From positions 24,428,001-24,492,000 of the forward strand of contig NW_026889761.1 of assembly GCF_033153115.1 (NCBI RefSeq): a DNA stretch of 64,000 bases, given 5' to 3'. Numbering within the stretch: position 1 is the first letter of the stretch; each line of letters opens with the position of its first letter. A program made the position numbers and the translations under genes. The notes under the pieces were generated by a model that was not told the origin of the DNA, did not search any database, and saw nothing but the letters and a program-made list of their open reading frames with translations. Shown here in pieces: positions 15,396-28,883 of the stretch. This DNA comes from Saccostrea echinata. Taxonomy: Eukaryota.

Positions 15396-17730
15396 CAGGG
15401 TGTCCGAAAAGAAAGGTAACACTTTAACATTTTGATAACTTCGCTAAATCCGGTGTTAATTCTATGAAACTGATATCATTCGAAAGGTCTCAAGCGAAAG
15501 TTTTTACTATTTGAAAAAATAATGCGCCAAAACTTATGACGTTTTGACACTATAACAAATTAAACTTTATTTCAATATGGCGCGACTCACGTCAGAACAG
15601 CGGATTTTTATCGTCAAACAATTTTATGAAACGAAATGTGTAACAGACGTTAAGCGAAAGTTTAGCACAGGCGCCTGAAGTGTGGATCGATAGCCCCCCC
15701 CCCCCTTTTAATTAAAAAAAAATGTAGGAGCTTATAACTTCTCAATGATATAAAATTTCCCCATCAATCACATCCATATGTCGTTCTATGCAAGCAGATT
15801 ATACCTTTTCTTACGTTTAGAGAATGTCCTTGTTCGGTATAATAAAAATACACAAGGTAAGAAACAAAGGACAAGGTATGATAACGGCCGAATCTGGCCC
15901 CTTATTTGATGTAAAAATTCAGAACACAGTTAAAACTGTGATAGTTTGTAGTTAAGAACTTAAAATGATGCTTGTTTTAAAACCAGAACTAATTTTGATT
16001 CAAAGCTTACACGGAGGCCACAAGAGGGTGCAGAAGTAGGATATATTTCCGAATTTCCTCAATTCGGGTGGAATTTCATCAAATTTGAGATAGTTTTCAC
16101 TTCGGGAAACATAGACCACAAGCTTGCCTATCTGAGATTTTTATACACACGATGCATCTGATGCTAGTGTATGAAATAAATTTGGTAGATAGGCAAGCTT
16201 GTGCTCTATGTTTTTTGAAACAAAATGTGCTGTAAAATGGATGAAAATTTGCATAAAAATGGGAAAATTCGAAAACTGACATATTTTCTGACCTTCCTGT
16301 GACCTCTGTGTATCCCGTAACTTAGAACCGATACTCATTATGTGGCAGGGGTGACAACAGGCTTTCGTTGATTAACTGTTGCATCATTCTAAAAGACACC
16401 CTAAACCAGGGGCCAAAAAGGGGTCTTAGCCTATCTTGTCCTTTGTAAACAAACGGGGGGTTCCTTGCTTCGAGACATATTTCCAAGGCAATATCAATAT
16501 TACCTATCATAATTTTGCAAGCACTCTGTCAAAGAAATGTTCTTCTACTAAAGTCGTTAACCTAAACCCCATCATTAGTGTTTTATATATGTCGTAATCG
16601 GACGATCTATTAATCGGACACATAACATTTTCTCCATTGACAGCTTTAAAGGAGGTTTTGGAGTTCGCACATCCGTCTCGCTTTATCTGATTGGTTAACA
16701 GTGATACAGTTTAAATCTTTGACCAATCAGGTAAAGCGAGACGGATGTGCGAACTCCAAAACCTCCTTCAAAGCTGTTAGGTTAACGACTTTAGTAGAAG
16801 AACATTTCTTAGACAGAGTGCTTGCAAAATTATGATAGGTAACACTGATATTACCTTGGAAATATGTCTCGAAGCAGGGAACCCCCCGTTTGTTTACAAA
16901 TTTTGTTTCTTACCTTGTGTATTTTTATTATACCGTACAAGGCCATTTCTAAACGTAAGAAAAGGTACAATCAGCTTGCATAGAACGACATATGGATGTG
17001 ATTGATGGGGAAATTTTATATCATTGAGAAATTATAAGCTCCTACATTTTTTTTTTTAATTAAAAGGGGGGGGGGCTATCGATCCACACTTCAGGCGCCT
17101 GTGAGTTTAGATCATATTTTAAGAATTGTAATGTAAGCAGAAAACATGTCTATAAGATTATATGTAAATTCGAGCGACAAGGATCAGTAGCAGATGCTCC
17201 AAAAGCAGGTCGGCCGAGGTCAAGTCGGAGCTATGAAAATTTGAGTACACTTCGAGAAATGCTCTCTAACAGTCCAGAGAAATCAGTTAGACGTTCCTCC
17301 TCAGAGAATGAAATCCCTAAAACTTGTGTTCATGACATATTTAGGAAGGATCTAAAACTTTTTCCATACAAAATTCAGATAATGCAGAGTTTGAGTATCT
17401 CGGATCAGGTTCAAAGATTTGATTTTTGTCGTTGGGCAGCTGACAATTTCGCAGACGCATTTCAAAATGTTTGGTTTTCAGACGAATCACATTTCCTCCT
17501 TTCTGGCCATATATGTAATCAAAACATGAGATTCTGGAGAAATGAACAGCCTCATTGTTACACGGTGAGGCCACTGCACAGTGAAAAATTAACTGTTTGG
17601 TGTGCTATATCGTCACATATAGTGATTGGCCCATATGTGTTTACAGACACTGTTAATTTACAACGATACCTGTCACTTTTGAAAAACAAATTTGTTCCTG
17701 CTCTTCGAAAGCGAACAGTAAATATGCAAA
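15396..17730 (+). mobile_element. Tc1/mariner-superfamily element (rosa/DD41D-like, DUF4817-type HTH), interrupted and 3'-truncated
   Basis: TA+CAGGGTGTCC left end at 15394-15405. ATG 15577 gives MARLTSEQRIFIVKQF...KRKF, which continues in frame at 17111 (RSYF...GRPRS...SVRR...WFSDESHF...LHSEKLTVWCAIS..IGPYVF). Homology stops before the second catalytic Asp, and no right TIR was seen. Confidence 0.88.
15666..17103. mobile_element. Non-autonomous foldback DNA transposon (P/Galileo-like) inserted in the transposase
   Basis: Ends CACAGGCGCCTGAAGTGTGGATCGATAGCCCC.../...CAGGCGCCTGTG with ~200-bp outer inverted repeats and further inner inverted arms (16442-16565 vs 16775-16900; 16640-16697 vs 16720-16778). 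7-bp TSD AGTTTAG at 15659-15665 and 17104-17110. Confidence 0.9.
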
Positions 17731-19559
17731 AGGCGTTATATCCAAAATCCAAAAATGGAAATGCGTTATTTTATATTAATAAATACTTGAAAGATTGTAC
17801 CAAAGCCATCTTTATTTATGCAATATTTAAAAATATTTTCTATATTCTTGCAATCTCGCAGACAACTATTTGCATGCGTATTAAGAGAAGTCAACACTCT
17901 ACTTGTGGAAATCCAGGATACAGGCAGATGCAGCTACGGGCTTTGCTTGTCATGTATTAAAAATTCATGTCAATTTAAATATTTTTCTCTCCTCTTGGAA
18001 AAAAGCAGGCAAACTATTTGAATGGGTATAATATACAATTAGCCTTCAACCAAATTTGTGAAATCCATGAGCCCTTGGTAGAGGTGTCTGGAATCAGAGG
18101 ACTAAGTTGATTTAACATTGAAAATATATTACACATTTGAAAATCTTTTTTCTTGGAAATCTAATTATAATATGTTTAAATTATTTTTGAAGAAATTAGC
18201 CCTACATTTAATTGTGAAATTCATGTCCCGACGGTAAGATTTTAGCCCTCGGAGTGGGCTAAGTTAGTCATGTATTGAAAATAAAAGGCATAATTACGCC
18301 TTTTGGAAAGGCGTAATAACTTCCACCAAGTAAAACCCTGACAAAAATTTACTGTAGTTAACTATAGTGAAAACTTTGATACGATGCTTTACTATGAAAC
18401 TATACTCTGGTACTCTTTTAAGAATTCAAAGCTTAAAATCTCTTACAATACAATGGCAGTGGTGTAAATTTGGAAATAATATGTGAATATAAAAATAATA
18501 GTTCCATTTAATATATAAAATTTGAATGTATGAATTAGAGAACATAAAGAATAACAATCTCATATCCATAGTGAAAATACTTTGATTTACTGAAGTAAAA
18601 ACTTTGAATTAAAAGTAAAAACTTTGAATTAAAAGTAAAAACTTTGAATTAAAAGTAAAAACGTGGATACCATAGTTAACCATAGCTAACTATAGTAAAT
18701 TTAAGTTAATTATAGTTACCTATGGTATTTTTTTTTGTTAGGGAAGTGCCGACTTTGTAGGGTAGCCCCCCCCCCCCCCCAATAAAAAAGTATTTCCCGG
18801 AAAAATTGTTTTAAAGAGGGAATCCCCACGGAAAAACTGGCTCTAGAGAAGGTTTTTTTACTAAGGAAATTCCATTAAAATCCATTTTTTTCAAGAGATC
18901 ATACACAGATTAAAACCTATAAAGTGTTACTACCAATAAAAAACAATTTTCTCTCTCAACTTAAAATTTAGTTTCCGGGTTTTTCTCGGCTTTTGTTTGT
19001 ATATTTTTCTTAATTTTACGAAGAAAACCGGACTATAGAATGATGATGTCTCTTCAACCATTGTCCGTCTGTGTGTGTTAACAATTCTTTTTAATTGTAA
19101 AGTTCTGTTCCAGAATACATGCAAGAAATATTACCAAATAGTTGCCTTGATTTGGACACAAAAATGTACAACGAGATTCCACCCCTTTTCGCACAATTCC
19201 AACCGGGTTAGGAGAGGAAAAACATTTGTTAGCAATGGCCAGATATACATTTAAAGGAGATGGGTGAACATGACGAGCGATAAGCCTATAGTGTGACAAA
19301 CATGAAGATGAAAAATTAAATTTCAATTATATCAAAATTTTCCTTGATATTTCGTCTAACATTAAATTATACTTTATGTAAAATCTCTATAATTTGCAAA
19401 AATCCCTCAAAGATTGAAATTATTTGCGTGTGAAATATTTAGACACACACTAAAGCGGGCAAAAAGAGTCATTTTCTCATACTATAATACTATTTTTCGA
19501 TATGAGTGGGTCTTCGCTCCACCTTTTTGAAAGTTAATCCTCAAAGTTTGCATAAAAAT

Positions 19560-20609
19560 ACACATTTTTTGGTTACCAAAAATATGGAGCAATGACCCAC
19601 TATACCTTAAAAATATACTTTTGTGACATAACATTCGCATCTTTTCGAGAAATACTGGAAGTCCATTAAGTCAAGGGTCATATCACAAACATGATTTAAA
19701 TGCCACTATTCATCACGACTTGTGTAGTCTAGTGGTTAGCGTGCTAGTCTCGAAAGAAAATAATACTTAGGATTTTTATTACTAGGGTTCGAACCCAGGA
19801 ATACCACATTGATTTTTTTAATAAAAGAATAAATTTTCCCGACAAAATTTTCCTCAGAAAAGTTTTGTTTATCATAATTTCATAAATTTCAATAATGAGA
19901 ACTTTACTCTAAATACTAAATTCACAAACTGAACATGATTTTTATATATCTGAAGCTATAGGCTTTCTGCACGCTATGTTAGCCCATCTCCTTTCTGACA
20001 CTGCACCGCAAGAGCTGTATTTAGTTGTACGAAGTATACAATTTATTGACAAGGTTTTTATAGTAATTTAAATTCTCTTTACGGAGACGAGAGGCATTCA
20101 TAGAACAATAGAAAAAAATCTCCATTAAAATCCTAAGATGTGGTCCATCGTCGCAAGTCACGGGTTTTGTATTTTTTTTTTCACAAACATTTGTTGAAAA
20201 AGAATGGTCACAAAACCCGTGGCTCGGCTTAAATTTGAAGATGGAGGTGGTAAAACGTTGCTATTTTTTTTTTTATCCGATTTGCATTCGATAAAATCAA
20301 GTTGTGTTGCAACTTTCACCCAATTCGAAATTAAAAACTAAAATTGAAATGTCGAATGGAAATCGTACATGAAAAGTTGCATCGAGTAATCGCACCATTA
20401 AGAGGATTTGGAACTCTTGCTATGATAAACAGACTTTTCACTGGGACGGAAATAATTTAGAAAAAAAAGTTTAACTGTAAACAGTTTGCTAGGCCAAATT
20501 ATGCCACGGTATATACAAAAACTGAAATTCATTACTCCTGCCTAAGCAGTTCAGGCTACAGGTACTGGTGGACAGGACTGGTGTCAATATATGACGCATA
20601 TTTTCATCC

Positions 20610-20689
<80 letters not shown>

Positions 20690-21225
20690 CATACCAAGAA
20701 TTTGTAACATGTATATTTGTACTAAAGTATTAATAATTTAATATTATTACTCTTTTGCATTTATTTGGTTCTTTTTAATATTGCATAATTCACTATTTCT
20801 TATTTTAAAAAAATATTGATTAAAAAATTATCCAGCTTGATAAGCAACAGATATAATCCACAAAAATTTTCTTTATTTGTTTTTAAAACTAGAAATGTTT
20901 TATTATTTATAGCAATATTCTCAAAAAAATCATGTCTATCATGTTTAAATAATGGACATTCAATCAAAATATACTTTTATGACATAACATTCGCATCTTT
21001 TCGAGAAATAATTGAAATCACTGTTTATCAGGACTTGTATAATCTAGTGGTTAGCGTGCTAGTCTCAAAAGAAAATGATACATGTACTAAGGTTTTTTAT
21101 TGCTAGGGTTCGAATACCACATAATATTTTTAATAAATGAATAAATTTTGCAGAGAAAATTTTCCTCACAAGATTTTGTTTATCATAATTTCATAAATTT
21201 CAATAATGAGAACTTTACTCTAAAT
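19560..21225 (+). repeat. Local duplication of a ~300-bp segment with a degenerate tRNA-like box pair
   Basis: 19610-19915 matches 20968-21225; tctagtggttagc and ggttcgaa boxes in both. Confidence 0.7.
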
Positions 21226-21695
21226 CATCAAACCACCATACTAAATATCTATAGGTGCATTTCAAATGCAAGGCTTGAACGCTGCATGTAAAAGCTGTGA
21301 ACCCTGTTCACTAAAGCTTGATATTCTGTGCCCTGTAGGTCAGACACAGCCTCATCGGAGCAGGTATCAGACTGCAATCATTGCATGATGCAAAATATGT
21401 GCCATGTCTTTACTGTCTTTAGTCTATATTTTGCTCATAATAACAGGAAACAAGCCTAATATTTTTCCTAATCACTTTTACTTCTAAGATAATTTTTTAT
21501 TAACACCACATGAAGCACACTAAAAAAACAAACATAACAAAACAAAACAAAAACAAATAACACATCTAAATTGTAACATCCATACACTAAGCTTTAATAT
21601 GATGTTCAGTACATAATTTACATGCAAAGGAAAAATGTTTTGTATAATTTTTTTTGGATAAATTCACAAAATTAATGCAATGGTTCCGATGCCAC

Positions 21696-21731
<36 letters not shown>

Positions 21732-24700
21732 CATCTTTATACAAAAACTAAGTCCATGGCAAATGCAAGGGTTATGACATGAATCAACAATGGTCGATCA
21801 TCATTCTTGCAGACCTAAATTGAATATGGGAACAATTTCCTATTTATGGAAACCTCAAACTTCAAAAGAACTCGGCATATGAGAGAATTAGATAGGACAA
21901 ATGCTTTTAAGCATTTATATCCCATGTGGTATTTAAAATGTCTTTGACATCAATGGGGGTCAAGTTTGATGTCTTTCAAGGACAGGTTTCTGCATGAATA
22001 TGTCTTCCTTATGGCCCTAGAATTTTGACTTTAACCTTTGAACTTGTGATCTCAAAATCAATAGGAGCTAGTCATTTACTACTTATATAGGGAGTACCAG
22101 TCTACAAAATTTGATGTCTGTCAAGAAAATGATTCTTATTTTATTTTGAGCTGGAAAAATCATCCATGTCCACATTTGTTTGAGCCTAGCTTCATCTTTT
22201 ATCATGTAACCTCAAAATCAATAAGGGTCATCTACCCTTTAAAAGTACCAATGTATCAATTTTGATTTATGTCAATGTAAAGTTTCTCAAGATACTGAAC
22301 GGACAATATTTTCCTATTTTCATAATAGTTTAACCCATGATCTTTGCCACTGTAACCTCAAAACTCAGATAGAGGCCATCTATACTCCATAAGATGTATC
22401 AGGTGTATATTGAGGTATTAAGTTTGATGTCTATTTGATATTGACTGACCAATAGGTGCAAAACCAATATCCTTTTTTTCAAAAGGAGGGGGGGGGGGGT
22501 TTAGAAAATTCAAAGTGCCTTTTAAACAAACAAGTTATGTAAGGAAAATGAGAAAAACTTAAGACTGTTTACATAAAAAATATAATCCCATATGTTACAA
22601 CATCACATAGTTTACAAACATTATACATTACACAATTGATAATTACATATCCTATAATCAGATGATTATTAATTAATCACAATACACAGCTGATTTCTTC
22701 ATTCTACAAAATATACATTAAAGAGGGATTCTTCTCATATTTAACATATTTAAAATTAATGAAATTTTCATACATTGAAGTACACAATGTCACAAAGTAC
22801 CAGTATCACTTAGATTAAATTTGACCTCTATTTCAGTTATTTTTATATGATTCCTATATTTTAATTTTTTTTTTTATTCTCACATGATAAAGTAGTCATT
22901 TAAAGATACAAACACCAAAAATATTGACCATTTAGTAAGAGAGAGAATTCACTTTTTACCAATTTTTTGCTCAAATCTGTTCTAATAGATTGCAAGCTTT
23001 CAAAAGCTAGCAAGATTGTACTTTGTTTAGAAAATCTTTTTTTACTTGATATATTTTAAACCTTCACTACATAGTTATTAATTTCAGCCACTTCAGAAAA
23101 TTTCTTTTAGTCTTTTATTGTTTCAAAATTTTTAATAAATTCATTGTTCTGTATAGTTATTTTAAGAAGTAGAATAAGAGATATTTTCATATGCCACAGT
23201 TCAGCCAAAAATATAGTTCCTGCTAGAATTCAAACTCAGATTATCATTTTTATTCAAAGTTGTACAGTTACCTTTCAGCAAATATAATTTGAATATTTCG
23301 TTTTACAGTCATAAACCAGACAAGAATCCCTCCTTAAAAAGAACTCAAGACACTACTGATCATGCACAGAAATTATTTAAACATACATATTACATGCATA
23401 AATTACATATTCTAAATATCATTGGAAAAAACACACACACACACAAAAATGCTCGCCCTCTTAAATTCTACATTGTGTAATGCCGAGGAATGAACAATTT
23501 AACAATTTAATATTAAATAATACAGTTTCATATCTGCAATAAATCAAATTAAATTTCAAAAACATGCAATATACATGTATATTCCAATTCACACACACAC
23601 ACACAATCAGTCACTTTAAATATGACCATTCCCAAATCCTACCCAGAAATCAAAACTTGGGAATTGAGGCAGCACTACTGAAAAGAATGTACATGTGCTA
23701 ATCACTACAATACACCCTTGAGCAATAAAGATGCTGTACACATGGATTGTAGTCCAATATCAATAAGATTGTATGTATTTCTATGTTCACTTATAGGAGA
23801 CATTGCAGATATATATACTGTACGTAAACCAACTATTATTTGAGTCATCTTTAATTCATGATTAGTCCGTTTAAAATCAATCCACAACAATTAGTTTTTG
23901 TGACTGAGGAAACATTCTCTACAAATACAAAGCAAAATAAATGGTTCACGGCGATTTATATTTATGAGTCAAAGTAGGTCGCGAAACTCCCGGACATTTC
24001 TCATACTGGTAAATGAATTTTTAGTGAAGACAAAATAAAATTCAGAATTAAAGGCTGATATATATATACTGGGTCTGATCATAAGATCCAAGGGCATCTC
24101 ACTTGTACATTCATTTTATTTTAACTGCATGCATTTCCACAGTGGAAAATGGCAATATAGAATCAAAGTGCCTGTTAAATACATTCTTAACATTAGGATA
24201 CAGCTAGAGCAAACAAAAACTTGTCATAATGTTCTACAAGAAGTTAAACCCTATCAGGGCATAGGTACATGTACCCGGTACTTTCAACACAGATTCAGCA
24301 AAGTGTGCTTATATACATTAGCATCCACTTATCACATTGACAAGAAATATGTAAAATACCAAGATATTCAAATGGGACTTCAGGTACTATCACACGAGGC
24401 ACACTTCTATTATTAATAGGAATATGAAGTGAAAGTCACACATAGAAATACTGTAATGCTTTCTCTATACACCCCAATGCTCCCTCAATGTAGTGGATCA
24501 AATGCATATAACAAAATGCTGAACTTGCAGTTATCTGGCTTTTTTAAATCACTCAGATGTTAAAGTATGAATTGTTTTTCAATGTGGCAGGAAACCAAAT
24601 CCCTGATGATGATATATACTCTCCAAAATGATGATGTTGTGCTACATTGTACCCTACATCCCCTCACAACCCTCCCTCCATATTGGGTAGGGTACTGGTG

Positions 24701-25457
24701 AGATTAACTTCAAATATAGTTTATGTTAACTTGATACTTGTAGAACAAATTACAATGGTCACTATAAAAGAGGTTTCAAATTCTCCACTAAAATCTGTCC
24801 TGGCATACTCTAGCTAATCTAAACATGCAAGATATACAAGGACAATCCAAGAAATCTGCATAATCTTCTACCCAACGACTGAAAAAAAAAATTATTCTGC
24901 AACTGGAAAGGACGTTTACAGTCCCTGTATTCCTGAAGGTCACAGTGACCTATATTTATGTTTTTGACCCACCTTCTTCAACATCAAATGATTTATAAAT
25001 CAATTATCTTTAGAATTAGTATACAGATCACTGCGCAGTATGAACAAATTTAACATTATTCGTAGGTAAGCATATTCTAAAGTTTGGTAGGTCATTTAAT
25101 GTAACCAATTCAATGAATGCAACAAAAAGCCTAATTTCCTTAAATGTATCAACAGTGCAAGATCAAAAAGACCTTGCTATAATAATCAATATGTGGCAAA
25201 ATAAACAGGTCATTGTGACCTACAATTAGGTATTATTATGCTTTCTGTAAGTTTATATTTGTACACACTATCCTCAAAATTCTTCACGAGACGCGGTCTT
25301 GAGTAGAAATGATCCAAAATAAAATAAATAAATAAAATAATCCAAAATGAGAAACAGCAATCATCAGAGAGCCAATTTTAGAAAGAGGTAAGTCATTGTG
25401 ACCTACTTTAGTGGTATATTATATCCTCCTTTTTGATATGGTTTGAATAAGTAGTAT

Positions 25458-25608
25458 GAACCCATGTCAGAAAGGCAACATATTCATGCTAACTAAAAAT
25501 TTTCAAGAACACATGAATTCCATAAAAACAATATAAGAATGCACACACCGTTTTAGCATCCAAGAAAATTTCAGTGCATAAACATGTTATCTCACTGGCC
25601 CAGGTTTC
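25458..25608 (-). ncRNA. Long hairpin H1 with loop motif AACGGUGUGUGC
   Basis: ~50-bp imperfect stem whose G-U pairs work only on the minus strand. Motif at 25541-25552. Confidence 0.7.
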
Positions 25609-26039
25609 TAATCCTTAATAATTTACATAATTTCCATAATGGAAACTGGCAATTAAGAAATTTGAGGGATATTTTTATGCTCTGTTTAATAAACACCAGA
25701 ATATACAGCATAAACCCATAGCAAATAACATCAACTACCTAACAGACCTCAAAGAAATGATGCTTATATAATCATGGCTTATATAGTTTTAAAGGTAGAA
25801 TCAATACTTCAACACTTATTCATAGAAATACTATAATGTATTCCCCTTGCTTCCCCATAACAAAACCCCTATCCTTCAATGCAGTGCAACAAATGCACAC
25901 AACAAATGCTCAACATGCAGTTACTTTTTTTTCAATGGCATGTACAGGTTTTGATTAAAGTATAAAGTGTTCCTTAATGTGGCAGGAAGCCTAAGCCCAT
26001 GCACTCTCCAAAAGGATGATATTGTTACATAGTACCCCA

Positions 26040-26315
26040 CATCCTCTCACAACCCCTCCCACCTGTCAAATCCCAATACTGGGTAGATCCTCTCACAACC
26101 CTTCCTACCATCCAAATCCCAACACTGGGTAGATCCTCTTGCAATCCCTCCCACCAGCCAAATCCCAATACTGGGTAGATCCTCTCATAACCCCTCCTAC
26201 CTCCAAATCCCAATACTTGGTAGATCCTCTTGCAACCCCTCCCACCATCCAAATCCCAATACTGGGTAGATCCTCTCACAAACCCCTCCCACCATCCAAA
26301 TCCCAATACTGGGTA
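26040..26315. repeat. 46-bp minisatellite, about 6 copies
   Basis: Unit tgggtagatcctctcacaacccctcccaccatccaaatcccaatac. Confidence 0.95.
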
Positions 26316-26408
26316 GCAATAGCAAGTTTTATAGGATTACATCTAGCCACCATATAATGTCAATACATGTACTTCCATTACTAAAATGTTACTTTCTTTT
26401 AACCTGAT

Positions 26409-26703
26409 TCTCGTGGCACGGTAGTTAGAGCATTTGGTCTAGAGTCATGGAATAAGGAGCTGATCCTTAAGAAACATGTTCAAATCCAAAAGTGGAATGT
26501 GGAGAATGGTCTTTTGAATGAGACCGTTTGAAGAGAGGTCTCGTGTTGTAGTAGGTGCTGGCAAGATAAAGATCAACCATCACTGCTCAGTGGCCCTGAT
26601 TGCCGAGTGTAGATATAAATTTGCAGCTCTCCACCAGCAAGCGGTGGTGTCTCAATATGAGTGAGAAATTCTTGAATGGATGTTAAACAGACAAACAAAC
26701 AAC
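26409..26703 (+). mobile_element. Same SINE family, diverged copy
   Basis: Head, core and (CAAA)n tail are recognisable. Confidence 0.8.
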
Positions 26704-27286
26704 ACTGATACTTGTTTAACAAATTACAATGGTCTCTTGTGTAAAGTAAATTAAATATCAGGACTATGCTTCATAAACCTGTATTTCTGAAGGTCACAGT
26801 GACCTACAGATTGGTTGTGTTACTGTGACTGTTCTCAACATCATGTGATTTGTAATTTTAATTATCCTAAGAATAGATCACTGCACTAGTAAAATGAACA
26901 AATTAAACATTATTCATAGGTAAGCCTAGGTAAGCATATTCTAAAGTGTGGTAGGTCATTAGGTAACAGATTCAATGAATGCAACAAAAACAAAAAACCT
27001 AATGTCCTCAAATGCAATCATTTTTCTGTCAAAGATCAATAAGGCCTTAATGGCATAATAAACAGGTCATTGTGACCTGAAATGAGGTAAATATACACAC
27101 TATCCCCAGGGTTCTCCTAAAAACAAGGTCCAATATCCAAGTCTTACAGTGGAAATAATATATAATCCAAAATGGGAAACAGCAATGATCGAGTCAATTC
27201 TAGAAAGAGGTAAGTCATTGTGACCTATACTTTAGGGGTATGTTATATCCTCTGAGGTTTGATATGGTATGAATAAGATCGTATCT

Positions 27287-27431
27287 GAACCCATGTCAGA
27301 AAGGCAACATATTCATGCTAACTAAAAATTTTCAAGAACACATCAATTCCATAAAAACAACAAGCACACACCGTTTCAGCATCCAAGAAAATCTCAGTGC
27401 ATAAACATGTCATCTCACTGACTTGGGCTTC
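27287..27431 (-). ncRNA. Long hairpin H2 with loop motif AACGGUGUGUGCUUG
   Basis: Paralog of H1. Motif at 27361-27375. Confidence 0.7.
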
Positions 27432-28370
27432 AACCATTAATAGTTTGCACAATTTTCACAGTGAAAACTGGCCTCCAAGAAGTGCATGATGCCAAATCAG
27501 GGCATACAGTTTAATGGCAGATTCAAAATAGTATGCTTGCACATATAAGCACCAGCTGGACTTGAAATGTGAGAACACAAAAGATGTTCAAATGAGACTG
27601 GTTTCTACCCAAACCAGCCATACTATTTTCTTGAATACATACAGCATAGTATCTGTACCAGCACCAGAGGTGCATGCATAGAGTTTGATAAGCTTAATAC
27701 CACATATGTACTGTAATGTAAACCCTTTGCCTTTCCCCAAACAGGAATAGAGTTGTGCACAAAGATCAACATCCCATCACCCAAATATTTATAATCAAAT
27801 ACATATGCTTAAAAATGACCCCCAAGCAATGGGACAAATGGGGACATTCAAAAACTCAACAGTTACTGGTGACCTTTTTATCTGTACTCCCTACTTAGAG
27901 GGCCTCATAATCATCTGCTTTTTTTTTTAACTTGCTGTTTTGGTGAGTATAGTTGCTCAGGGATTATAAGCCATCCCAACATTGGATAGCAATTTGCTGA
28001 GAATTCAGAAGCTACCTACAATACATCCAGGACACCCATACTTTTAAAAATAACTTCTGTAAACCTTAAGTCCTTACTGAATGAAATCCGTTCATACAGT
28101 GGATCTCACAGGAATGAAGATATGCTTCAATTTATGTACATGTACATTTTGGAGTCATTATGACTTATAATTAATTATGCTATAACACCATTGTCCTCAA
28201 CATTAAGTGACAAGGTCATTTACAGTAAGACTGACAAGTTAATTTACTAGATGACATGAAACAGCAATAAGAGCTAAACTTTTAAATGGATGCATGTGCA
28301 AGTCATTGTGACTTAATTTAAGGGTGAATCATGACCCCATGTTTTTTACTTCTATATGAAAAGGGAGTAT

Positions 28371-28516
28371 GAACCCAGGTCAGAAAGGCAACATATTCAT
28401 GCTAGCTAAAAATTTTCAAGGACACAAACTCAAATTCACAAAATAATATGCACACACCGTTTTAGCATCCAAGAAAATTTCAGCACACAAACATGTTACC
28501 TCACTGACTCAGGTTT
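28371..28516 (-). ncRNA. Long hairpin H3 with loop motif AACGGUGUGUGC
   Basis: Paralog of H1 with a compensatory A-U to G-C change (GCUGAAA/UUUUAGC). Motif at 28450-28461. Confidence 0.7.
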
Positions 28517-28883
28517 TGCACACAATTAATTTCCTCTGTGGAAATTGACATTCAAGAAATATGATGTAAATGCTCTGTTTAATAATACAGCACAAAGCCA
28601 GAGCAAATCAAAACTACTGCTGTCCTCAGAGAAATGATGCAGAATCAGGGCAAAGTTTCAACAAAAACAGTTTGCACAGATTGTGCACATCTACACCAAT
28701 ATGATTACTAGAGATGGTTGAATGGAGATCGGGTACCAAGATGAGGTGCATCACTATCAGAATACGAAATGGTCCCGGTATCTGTACTAATCCCAATGGT
28801 GCTTTATTTATATGCCTTCACTTAGAAATACAGTGAAATACTGTAATTTTATCCCTTAGTTTTCAGTCATACAAAAATAGAAG

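Larger units (their letters stand above)
24090..28700. repeat. Degenerate tandem array of about four 1.1-1.8 kb units
   Basis: Recurrent landmarks: tttccacagtggaaa-like at 24134, 25631, 27453, 28530; gaaggtcacagtgaccta at 24935, 26789; conserved H cores. Confidence 0.8.

Noticed and set aside
17731-17960. C-terminal part of the 239-aa ORF
   Set aside because: Read-through into unrelated sequence after the transposase truncation.
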